A stretch of DNA of 63,834 bases, counting the filler, from Folioceros fuciformis (taxonomy: Eukaryota): NCBI GenBank assembly GCA_049999805.1. It is 9 parts of 9 records of this genome, joined end to end, with 100 filler letters (N's around TTAATTAATTAA, not from the genome) between each part and the next. Parts side by side here need not be neighbours in the genome. Positions count along the whole stretch, not along the records: positions 29,711 to 48,360 come from JBNGIO010002046.1; 8 more parts are not named here. One strand, written 5' to 3'. Both the position numbers and the translations under genes were made by a program. Each line of letters begins with the position of its first letter. Positions within the stretch are counted from its first letter, which is position 1. Positions 36,358 to 48,460 of this stretch are shown in pieces. The notes under the pieces are model-generated. The model worked only from the letters and a program-made list of their open reading frames with translations, did no database searches and was not told where the DNA came from.

Positions 36358-38037
36358 TCCATTCTCTCTATCTACTGCCAGGTCTCAGTCTGTTGTGTGC
36401 GAGCTTCGAATCTGTCTCCATCGGCACTATCACAAGGGGTTGTGGTCTGTCGAGAGAAAGGCAAGTGCTTGGAAGTACCCATCTCTTTCTATTTGTTCCC
36501 GTGCAAGATTGTAAGCGACAGAACATGGATGTACTGCACTGCGTAGGTTTTCGTCTCATTCGTCACTCAAATGAGTATACAACGCAAATTCGTTCTCTAC
36601 GATACAACACCTTAACGAACTTTAGATGGCACGTACTACCTGTACAAAGCACAGGCTCCCAAGTACATGGTCCAAGACTGGTTCTCAAGTAGGACCAAGG
36701 AAGGAGGTGGTCTCCAGCTTGTACCAAAACAAGAGTATCAGAACTAGATAGCTGTTCCCAGATAGAGAGCGACCTTTGCTCTACTTTGTTGTTCCCAAGT
36801 AGAGAGCGATGCCACCTTCAGAAATAGTGGTTGCACCAGACGTAAGCGCAGCTCTCCTTCCAGACCAATTGACACACCCGTCAACATGCGTAACACATCT
36901 GCAATGACAACCAGATGTGAGCTAGATATGAGATACAGTGCCAGTCACACCTGCCCAGCTGGACAAAACGTTAAATGGTAAGCAACCGTCCACAGCCGGG
37001 GCTTCTTTCCTCAGGACTCGTATGATGGAGTGCCGAAAACCTGTGTGCCACCATGTGTAAAATGAATGTGACCCTGTGATTCTCCTTACTCAACACGACG
37101 GGACCTGCCCACATCAACTTTCCCCTTCCTCCAGCATTATGGGATCTGCCCACTTCAACTTTCCCCTTCCTCCAGCATTATGAGCCCAGCCGGTCCGTCA
37201 CCCGACCTCCACCAAACGGTGCACAAACGATTGCCTCGGCAAAACCTGGGCTTGAGAACTATTCTGTGACATACAAGGTAACAGCCTTCATCAGAGATGC
37301 TAGAAAGTACCCCGGTCTCGGCATCTTTTCAAACAAAGGTAGACCACCAAGGACCACAGCAGGTCAGTTGTCGATGTCAAGACAGAGAGCATCTGCTCCT
37401 GCACCTGCAAGTCAATAACTTTATGAGCTGGTCCCATAATCCGAAGGTGATGGAGGATTGGATGCGAGTCCCTCCCACCAGAGTTTTACCAGTGAGGAGA
37501 GCCTCAGGAAGAGCCGAGACATTAAAGTCACGAACCGGATGAGGTCTGTGCAATTTCTTCTGGATATCAAACCGTCAAGATGACCGCAAGTCCGAACGAT
37601 ACGCAAACAGGAAGAGATGGAACACTGGTATCCCGAGAAACAGACAACAACCTTGCTTCTGACAGCAGTTGGGCTTCAGCCAAGAATCCTCGAATGCTAC
37701 ACATTTCAACATAGCTCTCCCCTAGGTCCGGATGGTCTGAGCGCAGGAATGTCCAACTTTAGAATGCTGCTTTCTGTTTTGAAATGGTCCGCGACCTGCA
37801 CACCACAGTGCCTTCTCTACTTCAGGCAGCTCAGCCAGACTAGTGAGATGAGGAAGAGGCGCAACCCTGTCGCAGACAGATCAGAGCATTGTTACGAGTA
37901 CTGTACGTAGTAAGTAACATAAGTAAGTACAAACGTAAGCAACGCACATCAGTACAAATGTAAACTTAACAGTCCCCATGCGAGACGGTAAAGCCAATAG
38001 CTTGAGGTGAGCCCTAAGACCAAGAGGATTGTGAGCG

Positions 38038-38856
38038 ATGGACGCCGTGTTCGGCTTAGTGGGGGACGGCTTTGCGTTGCTGGTGGCAGACACTTCTGCA
38101 GTGCAGAGTATAGTGGTGCAAATGACAACTGAAGACAAGATTCTGGTGCTGGACTCCTCTAAGCTCCTTGCGACCACCGGCGAGAATGGAGACAGAGTGC
38201 AATTCTCGGAGTACATCCAGAAGAACATTCTTCTCTACCAGTACTGCAACGCCACGCCTCTTTCCACTGCCGCTGCTGCAAATTTCACCAGAAATCAGCT
38301 GGCTCAGGCTCTGCGCAAGGTAGGTCGGAAAGCTTTTCAGATGCAAAAGGAGCCGTGCTCTGCAAGTATCTGCATTGATCTGGGACTGGCTTGCCGCTTG
38401 TGCAGAGTCCCTATTTCGTGAACATGATGATCGCAGGCTGGGATAAGGATGCAGGCCCGTCTCTGTACTACTTGGATTACATCGCCACACTCCATAAATT
38501 GGAGAAAGGAGCATTGGGATACGGTATGGAAAGCCCGGTGGTTTTCTGAGGGTTTAGGAAAGCCCGTTCTTTAAGATTTTGGAGTCTGAGATTGTGGTTT
38601 ACTGCTTGCAGCTGCGTACTTCGTGCTGTCGTTGATGGATAAATACTACAGACCAAACCTGTCTCTCAAGGAGGCGCTGGAGCTGGTAGGCAAGTGTATC
38701 GATGAAATCAAGACCCGCCTCATTGCTGCTCCACCGAACTTCGTCATCAAGATCGTGGACAAAGACGGTGCACGACTTTTGGAATGGCGAAAGACTGTTG
38801 AAGACAACACGGGCCCGAGCACTCCTCTGCCTGTTGCCGTAGACAGCCAAGCGTAG
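38038..38856 (+). CDS. PBD: 20S proteasome subunit beta type-2 (beta4), 3 exons
   Basis: MDAVFGLVGDGFALLVADTSAVQSI...GDRVQFSEYIQKNI...AAAANFTR...SPYFVNMMIAGWDKDAGPSLYYLDYIATLHK...LSLMDKYYRP...EIKTRLIAAPPNFVIKIVDKDG. Confidence 0.95.
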
Positions 38857-39166
38857 GAAGAAACTTGATTAGATTAATGTTCTCTTCTTTGAATCGGTAA
38901 CCCAGCGTATAACCCTATGGCGGAGCGTCAAAGTCGTTCAAATATTGCTTTCCCACTGCCTCCTTCTGGGTGGAACACGAACCGCGCGAGACGATGGCAG
39001 CTGCGACCGTGAATTCGGACTGAGATCGCGTACCTAGCTTAGGGCTTGGATCGCAAGTAGCAGATGGACGGAGCCGCGTTCGAGCTCATTGTGGATCGTG
39101 GCGTGGAGGAGTTAAGAGAGCAATTGGCATGATGTTTGTGGATCTGTGATTTGGAGGCAAGGCAGC

Positions 39167-42100
39167 ATGACTTCACCCAGCCCCAAAAAAACGTTGTTGG
39201 ACGCTTTGCAAGCCCTCTACCACCACCCTCAGCCAGATATCCGAGCGGATGCGAACGCCTGGCTGGACAAATTTCAGCGCACCAATGAGGCCTGGCAGGC
39301 ATGATTTCTTTGTCTTCGTTGTTTTCAACTTTTGTTTCAAATGCGCGGATCTGGGTGAAGCCCTGTTTCCGTTCCTCATCTCCTGAAGCAAAGAAGTCCG
39401 TGATGTGCAGATCGCTGACAGCTTGCTGCACGAACCGAACGACAATGTCGAAGTTCTATATTTCTGCGCTCAAACAATCCGCACAAAGGTATGATTATGG
39501 ATCCCATAGCTTTGATTATCAGTTGCCCGCACCTGCTACTGACGGCTTTTGTGGATTTCTCTTCATTTTGTTGCACGAATCTTCCTGAGCAGATTCAGCG
39601 AGACTTTGAGGACTTGCCACCAAATGCTCCTCTGTCTCTGCGTAGCTCATTGCTGGTAATTGTGCGCTCACTCTAGGAGTTTCATTCGCTGCCTGGAAGT
39701 TGATATGCGTTTACAGTGCCGAGTGTTCGTCTGAGCAGGCCCTGATTATGAAATTTCGGCAAGGACCAGCTTCTGTGCGAACCCAGGTGCTTGCGTAGTC
39801 TGAGGAAGCTAATGTTCAATCAATTCCTCAGATTTTCATTTCCTTCTGACTTAAGTGATCTGGCAGCTATGCCTGGCTATGGCAGCTCTTGCGACTCAAT
39901 TGTCGGCAGACGAGTGGGAGGGTGGAGTAGTGAAGTGGCTTGGGAATCAACTCGGCTCTCATCCTCAGTCAATTCCTGCACTTCTGGAGTTGATTGCAGT
40001 TCTTCCTCAGGCAGGTCTTGCGATTGTTCGTAGAGTAAAGAGCCACTGTGCTCAACCTCACAGAATTGGTCTTACAGGAAGCTACTAGCTACAAGATCGC
40101 TGTGAGGCCAGAGCAGCGACGACAGTTTCAAAGGGATCTGGTTGCAGCGGTACCAGATGCCTTTACCGTCCTCACATCATTTCTGAATAATGGGTCTCTT
40201 GAATTTCGTGAGAAGGTGCAGTTACATTCCCCTAGAGATTGCCATGTGTTGGAGTCCCTCTGGTTTCTTTATGCAAGTCATGAACGTGACACCTCATAGG
40301 ATTCTGAGTGCCCTTATTGACTTTCAGGTTATTCGAGCTTTTACAAGCTGGTTGCGTATTAGTTACGGGTTGGTATCTGGTTTCCAATGTGTCGCTCTTT
40401 CCTTTGGACGTTATGTGTTTTGAAAAAGTCCTCTGATACATTTCTGTCCTGTGATGCCAGGGGACTTGGTCCAGTACTGGCCGCACATCCTTTGGTTGCT
40501 GCTACACTTTCTGGCCTTGATATGCCGCAGACATTCGATGCATCTGTGGATGGTACGCCGTTGTGTGACATGTCCCTGACCTGAACTGAGTGCTTGATAG
40601 TAGATTATGCAGTTATGCAAGTCTTTCTCACTTCCTCTACAATGGATAGCGACATTCCTGGCTGTCTTGTGATTGAGGATGTGGCTTTTAACTATCAATG
40701 AATGTTCTCTAATTCAGTTACATCCTATGGAGATATGACTAGAGATCACACAACAGTTAGTCAGAAAGAGGTTATATGTCCATTGGATTTCAATCCTCCT
40801 TGCCCAGTTTCATCCAATGGAGATACGACTCATACAAGTCCTTCAGTCCTGAGACTGACGCACTTGTATGGGATCACTGGTCCTGATAAGTCTTTCTTTG
40901 AGTAGATCTTTGTGGTGATTCTCTGGTTTGAGAGGAGATCTGGGATCATTCCTTCTCTGGCCAGGTTTCAATGGCAGCTTTAGTTTGGTACAATGTTTTA
41001 ACCAGTGGTTTCTGATACAGGAGTATGCGAGCTCATCCGTTATACCGTGAGTGGAACTCCTGTGGACTTGGCAGCTCAAATGCCTCTTGTACAAGTCATT
41101 GTGCCTAAAGTAATGGCACTGAGACCACGGTTTGTTGTTGCTCTTAAGGTGGGCTCCCATTTACACTTCAGTCTCCAATGTTCTACAGGATTGCAATACT
41201 TTGACAATATGCGCTTGGATTGTAGGCGGCCGTTGCTGAACAGGAATCCCTGCAAGGAGAGGATGATGTCAGCTCAGAGGAGGTATAGTGGTGAATAACG
41301 ATGTGGATGCCACCGCATTTAGCCATCTTGCTGCAGTTCTCAATCACGATCTGAGACTATCATAGACCTCTTACCGAATGGAAAAACTATATGCATTTGG
41401 CAGGATGAAGAAGTCACAAAAGGCATGGCGTATTTGTTCACCGAGATGGGGGAATCATATGTTGACCTTATTGCAACTGGTGAGTGTAATGTTTAGTAAA
41501 CTGTTTGATAATTGAAGTTTGTCACGAGACTTCAGTCTGTTCAATGTATTGTTTTTGTGCATGAACTGTATCAGGTTCTTCTGAGGCTCTGCTCATTGTT
41601 GAAGCCCTGGTGGAAGTGACTTCTCATCCAAGCTTCCACATTGCTTCCATCACCTTCAATTTCTGGCACCGGCTTAGTAGGTCCTTGACTAGCAGGTGCT
41701 GCTGCTCTCTGTTTGAAATCTTTTAGTGACCCGTTGTGGCTCTTAGAAGGTGATATTTACCATCCCTGCTTCATTGATGAATCTTTACTGTTTGTCCATC
41801 CAGAGACACTATTGAAGAAGGTAAATCAGTCGAAGGGGAGTCAGCAGTTGAAGCAGAGAGGGAGCGGCGATTGCAAGCCTTCAACTCAATATTTAGGCTG
41901 CTTGTATCTCTGGTAAAGATAGGGTAGCTATACTGATCACATTGGCTGGTCAAGCTGAGGTAGTAACGTCTATAGTCTGTATTGTAGGTGAGCTTTCGGG
42001 TGAGTTACCCCCTTGATTTTGAATCTTGGAGAAAGGATGAACGTAGTGATTTTAAGCAGACCCGCTATGGTGAGTGGAAAGAATGGCACGGGTTCAAATG

Positions 42101-45100
42101 GTGTGGGACAGCGCGGCACTTGATTTTCTCGATGCTTAGGCTTAGGTTTCTTGATGAAGTTGTCTCTGTCGATGGGGGCTTGATGAGCGTGACATAGTCA
42201 TGTTGGCCAGTTGGGACAGGCACGTTACAACTCCTTGGTTACTTATCCATTGCAGATGTGGCTGACATGCTGATGGACGTGTCAAATGTCCTGGGAGGGG
42301 AGACAACATTACAGTTGCTGGCACAACCCCTGTTTCAGGTTAGTTTCTGTTTTGACGAGTGTTTTTTTTTTTTGGTTATTATCAGGCAGACTTGTAATGA
42401 ACCGAACTGTGTAGGGTGCTGTGGATTTGGACAAGGACAACTGGAATTGGCGAGGAGTGGAAGCATCATTGTATTGCATTCGTGCCATTGCAAAAGCAGT
42501 ACCGCCTGTGGAGGAGGGGATCGTGCCAGAAGTATGATCTCTTTGACTCGCTTATCCTGAAGTTGTCAACCCAATGTCATCGTAGGAATATTGATGAGGT
42601 ATCTGCTTGCAGGTGATGGCTCTGCTACCCCGGCTTCCACCTCAACCGCAGCTGCTCTACACATGTAAGCTTTAACTTGACTCTTGTGGTTGCCTTGATC
42701 TATTGTATTGATAACCAAACTTGAAAGGCTGATTCCTTGTATTCGTTGGCAGCATCATTGACAATTGCGGCGTTTGCTGACTGGCTGGGAGCCTCCCCTA
42801 GTGCTCAATTGTTACTGCCATCTCTGCTTACACTTCTGATAAGTTGCCTTTCTACCCCTGAAGATCCATCAGCGGCTGCTGCCTTAGCATTGAAGCATGT
42901 GTGTGACGGTAATATGTTTATCTCTCAACTAAACTGCTCTTGTGTTAATTAGTGGGCTTTCCTTTGAGGTTCAGTGTTTGCTGTCGGGGGTAGGGATGGG
43001 TGCTCTTCGGACTGATTATGAGGATGGTTGAGATGCGGTCATTGGAGGAGGACTACAATTTTGTGTTGTGGGTTGAGGAAGGGGTGGTGTGAGGTCATAT
43101 TTCCTCGTGCGTTTGTAATCAGCTTGTAGGAAACAATTGGCTGGTTCAATATCTGCTCTACTTGGAGTCTATCAGCGGATTATGACAAAGGACAGCAGTT
43201 TCCAGCTGTCATCAGAGGATGAGCTTCAGGTTGTTGAAGGGCTGAGGTATGTTACGTTGAGAACCTGTCTGCCTTTCTTGCAGCAATTTTCTCTCAACTT
43301 TCTGTACTGTAGCTGATGGTTAAACAAATGTGTGGTCTGGCGGCATAGTGATGTCGTGAGTGCACTTCCAATGCATGACCTACCTCAAGCTCTTGATGCT
43401 TTATGTTTCCCTGTCCTTCAACCCCTAGAGGTATATTTCCTTTCATTTGTTGCCTTGGCAATCTGGTCAGCGGGCACGTGAACTTTTTAGTTCTGATCAT
43501 GCAGCCGTCTCACTCCTGATATCAGCAAGTGGTTACGGCTGCGCAAACATTAGGATCTTCCGTGCAATTCACCTCCAGTCAATACACTGTCCCCATCGAC
43601 AGGCTCGCCAACATCTTCAGGTGGATGGTTTTCTGAATTCGTGGGCGTCTCAGGGCATCATGTTTGCCTTCACAACCGTCACCTGTGGTTTGGCTGCCTT
43701 GCAGAAATGTGACTGAACCTGAGCCGTTGGCTGGAGCTTTTACAAAGATGTGGCCTCTTTTTCAAGCTGTTTTCAACCAGTAACATATTCCTCCTGTATC
43801 TTGTATGCTGTTCTCCGTTGTACAGGCTCTCTGGTAGTTGGAGAGAGTACGTACTCAACGAGCTCATGATTTTTGCAGGAGAGCTGCTGATATGAGAACC
43901 ATGGAAAGACTATGCCGATGTTGCAAATATGCAGTAAGTGCTTTCATCTCGAATGTGTAGAGCGTTGACTAGCAAGGTTTTCACTAGTTTCATTCAAAAC
44001 ACATGAATCTGGTCGCAGATACGTAGTTGTGGCAGGGCATTAGCGTCTGCCATCGGCCCCCTTCTCGGGGAGATTCAAGAAAGATTCAAGCAGAACCAGC
44101 ATTCATGTTTCCTGTACCTAGCCAGTGAGGTTATCAAGGTGAGAAATGGCGATAACTTGCTTTCCATGTTCAATTATCGTCCCCTTTGAAGATGCGCGGC
44201 TGACGCTACGATGGGTCTCTGCAAGGTGTTTGGCAATGATGCATCGTGTTCAGGATACTTGGGAGCACTTATTTCTAGTCTATTCGGACAAGCTGTCAGT
44301 CTTCTTGGGAGTATCGAGGTAGTCCACTCTTCTCAATCTTGTCAAGCTTTCGGATGCTTGGGTTCCTGACAATCTTGCGAACACAGACTCTCAAATGTGG
44401 CTGGCTCAACAGGAATTCACTTCACGTCCAGATGTGGCGGATGATTGTTTCTTGCTTGCATCAAGATGCTTGCGGTATTGCCCTCATCTGATGATCCAGA
44501 CCATGACAATTCCAATTCTGTTTGATTGCGCCATGACGGGAATCACTCTGCAGCACAGGTGAGGAGGAAACAAATAAATTCCATGTCTGACCCGTGTTGT
44601 GAATTGTTCCATGAGAAGTGTTGGAGTTGTCATGCACCAAGGAACTGGGTTGTGCTTAACTCTCGCCACACAGGGAAGCTTCCCGGTCAATTCTGAATTT
44701 CCTGCAGGAAGTGTTCGAACTCCCGAAGTCGTCAGCTGGCAAACAATTCCGCACAGCCATTGATTCAGCCGTGCTGCCGCGTGGTGCAACTTTGACCAGA
44801 TTGCTCATCGCAGCCCTGGCAGGTGCCCTCCCGGAGTCGCGCTTGGCGGAGGTAAGCTGCACAATCAAATGTCTGTGCCTTGATGTGAAGGTGGTGGGCT
44901 GAAATGCACAACTTGAAGTGACATGCCGTCTGTTGTGCTGCTCGTTTCTCCCAACAGGTGATCTACACTCTGATGTCACTGGCCCGGCTAGGCGGGCCTG
45001 TGACCGTCCAGTGGGCACAGGATGCCATAGCCTTGGTCCCTCCCTCCGTGGTCTCAGAGAAAGAGCGGTACAGCTTCCTGCAGGCAGTTTCGGCAGCGTG

Positions 45101-45248
45101 TGCAGGAACGGAGTCACCCACCATCAAGAACTCCATCGAGGAGCTGGCCGACGTGTGCCGGCGCAACAAACGGGTTCTGGAGACAGCACAGCTTGCATTA
45201 CAGCCCTTGCGCCTGTCCCTGACCCCAGCTGTGGAGATGGCGGCTTAA
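39167..45248 (+). CDS. MOS14: Transportin-SR / importin-beta family nuclear import receptor for SR proteins (MOS14/TNPO3), >20 exons
   Basis: ALQALYHHPQPDIRADANAWLDKFQRTNEAWQ-IADSLLH...FCAQTIRTK-IQRDFEDLP; LLELIAVLPQ-E; ITFNFWHRL; PRGATLTRLLIAALAGALPESRL; EELADVCRRN; stop at 45246-45248. Confidence 0.92.
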
Positions 45249-45626
45249 CAGATTTGTGGGAAGCCAAATGGATTGATATTGGGACAAAATTTGTATCACC
45301 GAGACTTCCACCTGTGAATGGCCATGGAGAGGGGAGACTCCTCACCGCCCCGGTCCTTCAATTTCAACTCCTTTCATCGGTTGCTCGTTGTCTCACCTCT
45401 TTTGTTTCACAGTAGAGTAGATGGTCCGATTCCGGAAAGCTCCAAATTCACAATAAGTCTAGGCTGTTTAGGGTTTCTAAAAGGTTCTAGTTCTGTAGAA
45501 CTTCGTACTCCCATACAAATGATGTATATCTTGGAGATTTAAACTTCATTATGATATTATGTTTGAATGAAATTCGCCATCAAGCAACTTCATGAAGCCT
45601 TCTAATCCACAGAGACAAGACCGGAT

Positions 45627-46603
45627 AGGTGGTTGCGTAGTTTGAGGAAACCAATGTTCAATCAATTCCTCAGATTTTCATCGCCTTCTGCTCAAGTCAT
45701 CTGGCAGCTCTGCCTGGCTATGGCAGCTTTTGCGACTGAATCGTTTGCAGACGAGTGGGAGGGTTGATTAGTGAAGTGGCTTGGGAGGCAACTGTGTTCT
45801 CATCCTCAGTCAATTCCTGCATTTCTGGAGCTGATTGCTGTTCTTCCTCAGGCAGGTCTCGCGGTTGTTCGTCAGAATAAAGAGTATCTGTGTTCTTGCC
45901 ACTGTGTTCAACCTCACAGAACTAGTCTTACAGGAAGCTACTAGCTACAAAATTGCTGTCAGGCCAGAGCAGGGACGACAGATTCGTTTCTCACCGTCCT
46001 CGCCATTTCTTAATAATCTGTCTCTTCAATTCCGTCAAAGATGCAGTTACATTCCCCTGGAGATTGCCATGTGTTGGAATCTCTCGGTTTCTTTGTGCAA
46101 GCTCTGACAGTGACACCTCATAGGATTCTGAGTGCCTTGCAGGTGATTCGAGTTTGTACAGGCTGGTTGCGCATAAGTTACGGGTGGCTATCTTGGTTCC
46201 AATGTGTCGCTTTTGTCTTTGGACGTAATGTTTTTTTGAAAAGGTCTTTCTGATACATTTATGACCGGTGTTGATACCAGGGAGCTTGGTCCAGTGCTGG
46301 CTGCACATCCTTTGGTTGCTGCTATACTTTCTGGTCTTGATATGCCGCAGACACTAGATGCATCTGTGCATGGTACGTCGTTGTGTGGCATGACCCTTAC
46401 ATGAGGGCTTGATTATCTATTGATTATATCTGGTCCAGGCAGACGGCTTTTGTGGATTTGTAAATTTCTCTTCGTTTTGTCGTGCACATCTACCTTTGCA
46501 GATAGAGTGAGACGGTGAGGACTTGAGACTACGAGGACGTGCTATGAATTGCTTGGTGAAGGAGTTTCAGTTGTTGCCTGGGATTTGATTTGTCTTTATA
46601 GTT
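45627..46603 (+). pseudogene. Degenerate, intron-containing partial duplicate of the adjacent MOS14 gene
   Basis: 45627-~46415 aligns to ~39785-40600 (exons and introns, with a premature TGA and deletions). 46441-46603 aligns to ~39541-39718. Confidence 0.85.
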
Positions 46604-46842
46604 GTAGTCTACGTTAAATTAGTTCAATTGCTTGATATTATCAAGCAGCAGACAGGGTGGGGGGTTTAGGGCTGTGTTACTTCGCCTAGACAGGGTGGGT
46701 TGTGGGCTTGGATACAGTGTGCAACATAACTTAACGTAACGGTCTGAAATACAAGAGATATGCAGCTAGCTAACTTTACTCAACTTAAGCTTACTAGCTA
46801 ACTATCCTCCTCGCTGGATGTATATGTGATACTCTAATGTAG

Positions 46843-48360
46843 CTATGTAGCGGAAGTCCTGATGGGCCTGAGCTTGAAGCCGCCTTGGGCAACAAGGTTT
46901 GCATTTGATGCTTCTTGCCTTCCCGTTTCCTGCTTCCTGTCGTGACGAGCAGGCCGAGAAGCTCCCAGAATGCTCTCGATCTCGTCGTGCAGGGCGTCGG
47001 TTGCATGGGCGCTGTGGTCCAGCCAGTTCTCGTCGCTGCTGGCTTCAGTGATGAGCGCAATCCTGGTAGCCCGGGCAGCCTTTGCTGCCCCCAGCGGATC
47101 CGTGGTACCGGTATTGGGATTTGCATCGGCAATGGGCTTGGGATTCTGCACTACTTCCTCCAATTCTTCCTCTTCGTCAGAAACTGGTGCGGGAATGGCA
47201 TTCTGCTCTAGGCCGAGATCGAAGTGAGTGGTGATGTCCTTGGACTCATCGGAATTGGAAGCGATGGGGATCTCCAGATGATCCGAATCGTGATCAGACT
47301 TGGAGCTGGGCGGGGCAGGATCGATATCCTTGGAGTGTTGCGTGTCGTTCTCCGAAATGTCGCCGCCGGAGTTGTTGCGCGTGTGAAGCTTGAGGCTGTT
47401 GCGCCGACCGAGCTTGGGCGAGCGGGCGCGCGTGGGCGGGATCTTCTTGATCTCGGCCTTGGGTGGCGTGGCCTCGTGGTAGAAGCTAGGCAACGGGGTG
47501 GCCTTGAAGTTGAGGCGCCGCCGGAGGTCCCTGATCTCCGCCTCCACCTCCTCCCTGGCCTTGGCCTGCATCTGGTGCTTCTCCCGCTCCATGGCGTGCA
47601 GCCGCTCCTCCAGCTTCCGGTAGTACTCCCGCCGCTTCTCCGCCCTCTCGTCCACCTTGAAGCTCACGTTCACCGCCTCCGTCACGGGCTGCCCCGACGG
47701 CTTCCGCTTGCTGCTCGCCATGGCCATGATCATGTGGTGCGTCCTGGGTGCCACCATCACCGTTCCCGTTCCCGTCCCCGTTCCTTCCTGGTCCTCCGCT
47801 TCCATCGCCGGTATTTCCTTCCCGCCCCTGGAGCTCCCATGGCCGCCCACGGCCAGCATCTTCCCCTCCCGCCTGCGGGGCGTGTCCTGACCCTGGCTCC
47901 CATCGAGAGCAGCAAGGATACCAGGTCGATGGTGGGACATCCCACCTGCCACCCTCGGGCTGGCGGATGCAGACGTCGATGCAAAAGCTCTGGGTGTCGT
48001 CGTGGACGACGTCCCAGAGACGGGATGATGCAAGCCGGTGGAGCTGGAGCGGGAATGAAGCACCCCGCGGGGCGTGGAAGGATCGGTGCCCGTGACGTCG
48101 TCGGCACTGGAGCGTCTCTTGTGGGTTGCCTCGATGGCGACGGGCTTGAGGCCAGTTCTGGCCATGGGCTGCACCGACGGCCTGCCCACCGGCTGCAACG
48201 CCTTCCCGCTAGAAGCTGCCGTGCTGCTCAGGAAGAGAGGCTCCTTCCTGGAGCTGGAGCTCCTGGCCTTGGCGTGGGGAGCTACTCCGTCTTCCTCCGA
48301 GGTGGTGCCGAGATCGACCTCCGCCGGTGGCGGCTTGGAAGGATTCCCGTTCCCCAGCCG
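46843..48360 (-). CDS. WVD2-like / TPX2 C-terminal domain microtubule-associated protein, 5'-truncated
   Basis: [20 protein letters not shown]...[46 protein letters not shown] (KLEEK/TPX2_C motif). The frame is open back to the linker. Confidence 0.9.
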   Translation of the reverse strand, partial: RLGNGNPSKPPPAEVDLGTTSEEDGVAPHAKARSSSSRKEPLFLSSTAASSGKALQPVGRPSVQPMARTGLKPVAIEATHKRRSSADDVTGTDPSTPRGVLHSRSSSTGLHHPVSGTSSTTTPRAFASTSASASPRVAGGMSHHRPGILAALDGSQGQDTPRRREGKMLAVGGHGSSRGGKEIPAMEAEDQEGTGTGTGTVMVAPRTHHMIMAMASSKRKPSGQPVTEAVNVSFKVDERAEKRREYYRKLEERLHAMEREKHQMQAKAREEVEAEIRDLRRRLNFKATPLPSFYHEATPPKAEIKKIPPTRARSPKLGRRNSLKLHTRNNSGGDISENDTQHSKDIDPAPPSSKSDHDSDHLEIPIASNSDESKDITTHFDLGLEQNAIPAPVSDEEEELEEVVQNPKPIADANPNTGTTDPLGAAKAARATRIALITEASSDENWLDHSAHATDALHDEIESILGASRPARHDRKQETGRQEASNANLVAQGGFKLRPIRTSAT

Positions 48361-48460
48361 NNNNNNNNNNNNNNNNNNNNNNNNNNNNNNNNNNNNNNNN
48401 NNNNTTAATTAATTAANNNNNNNNNNNNNNNNNNNNNNNNNNNNNNNNNNNNNNNNNNNN

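Noticed and set aside
47224-48408. 394-aa plus-strand ORF
   Set aside because: Antisense shadow of the GC-rich WVD2-like exon, with no recognisable motif.
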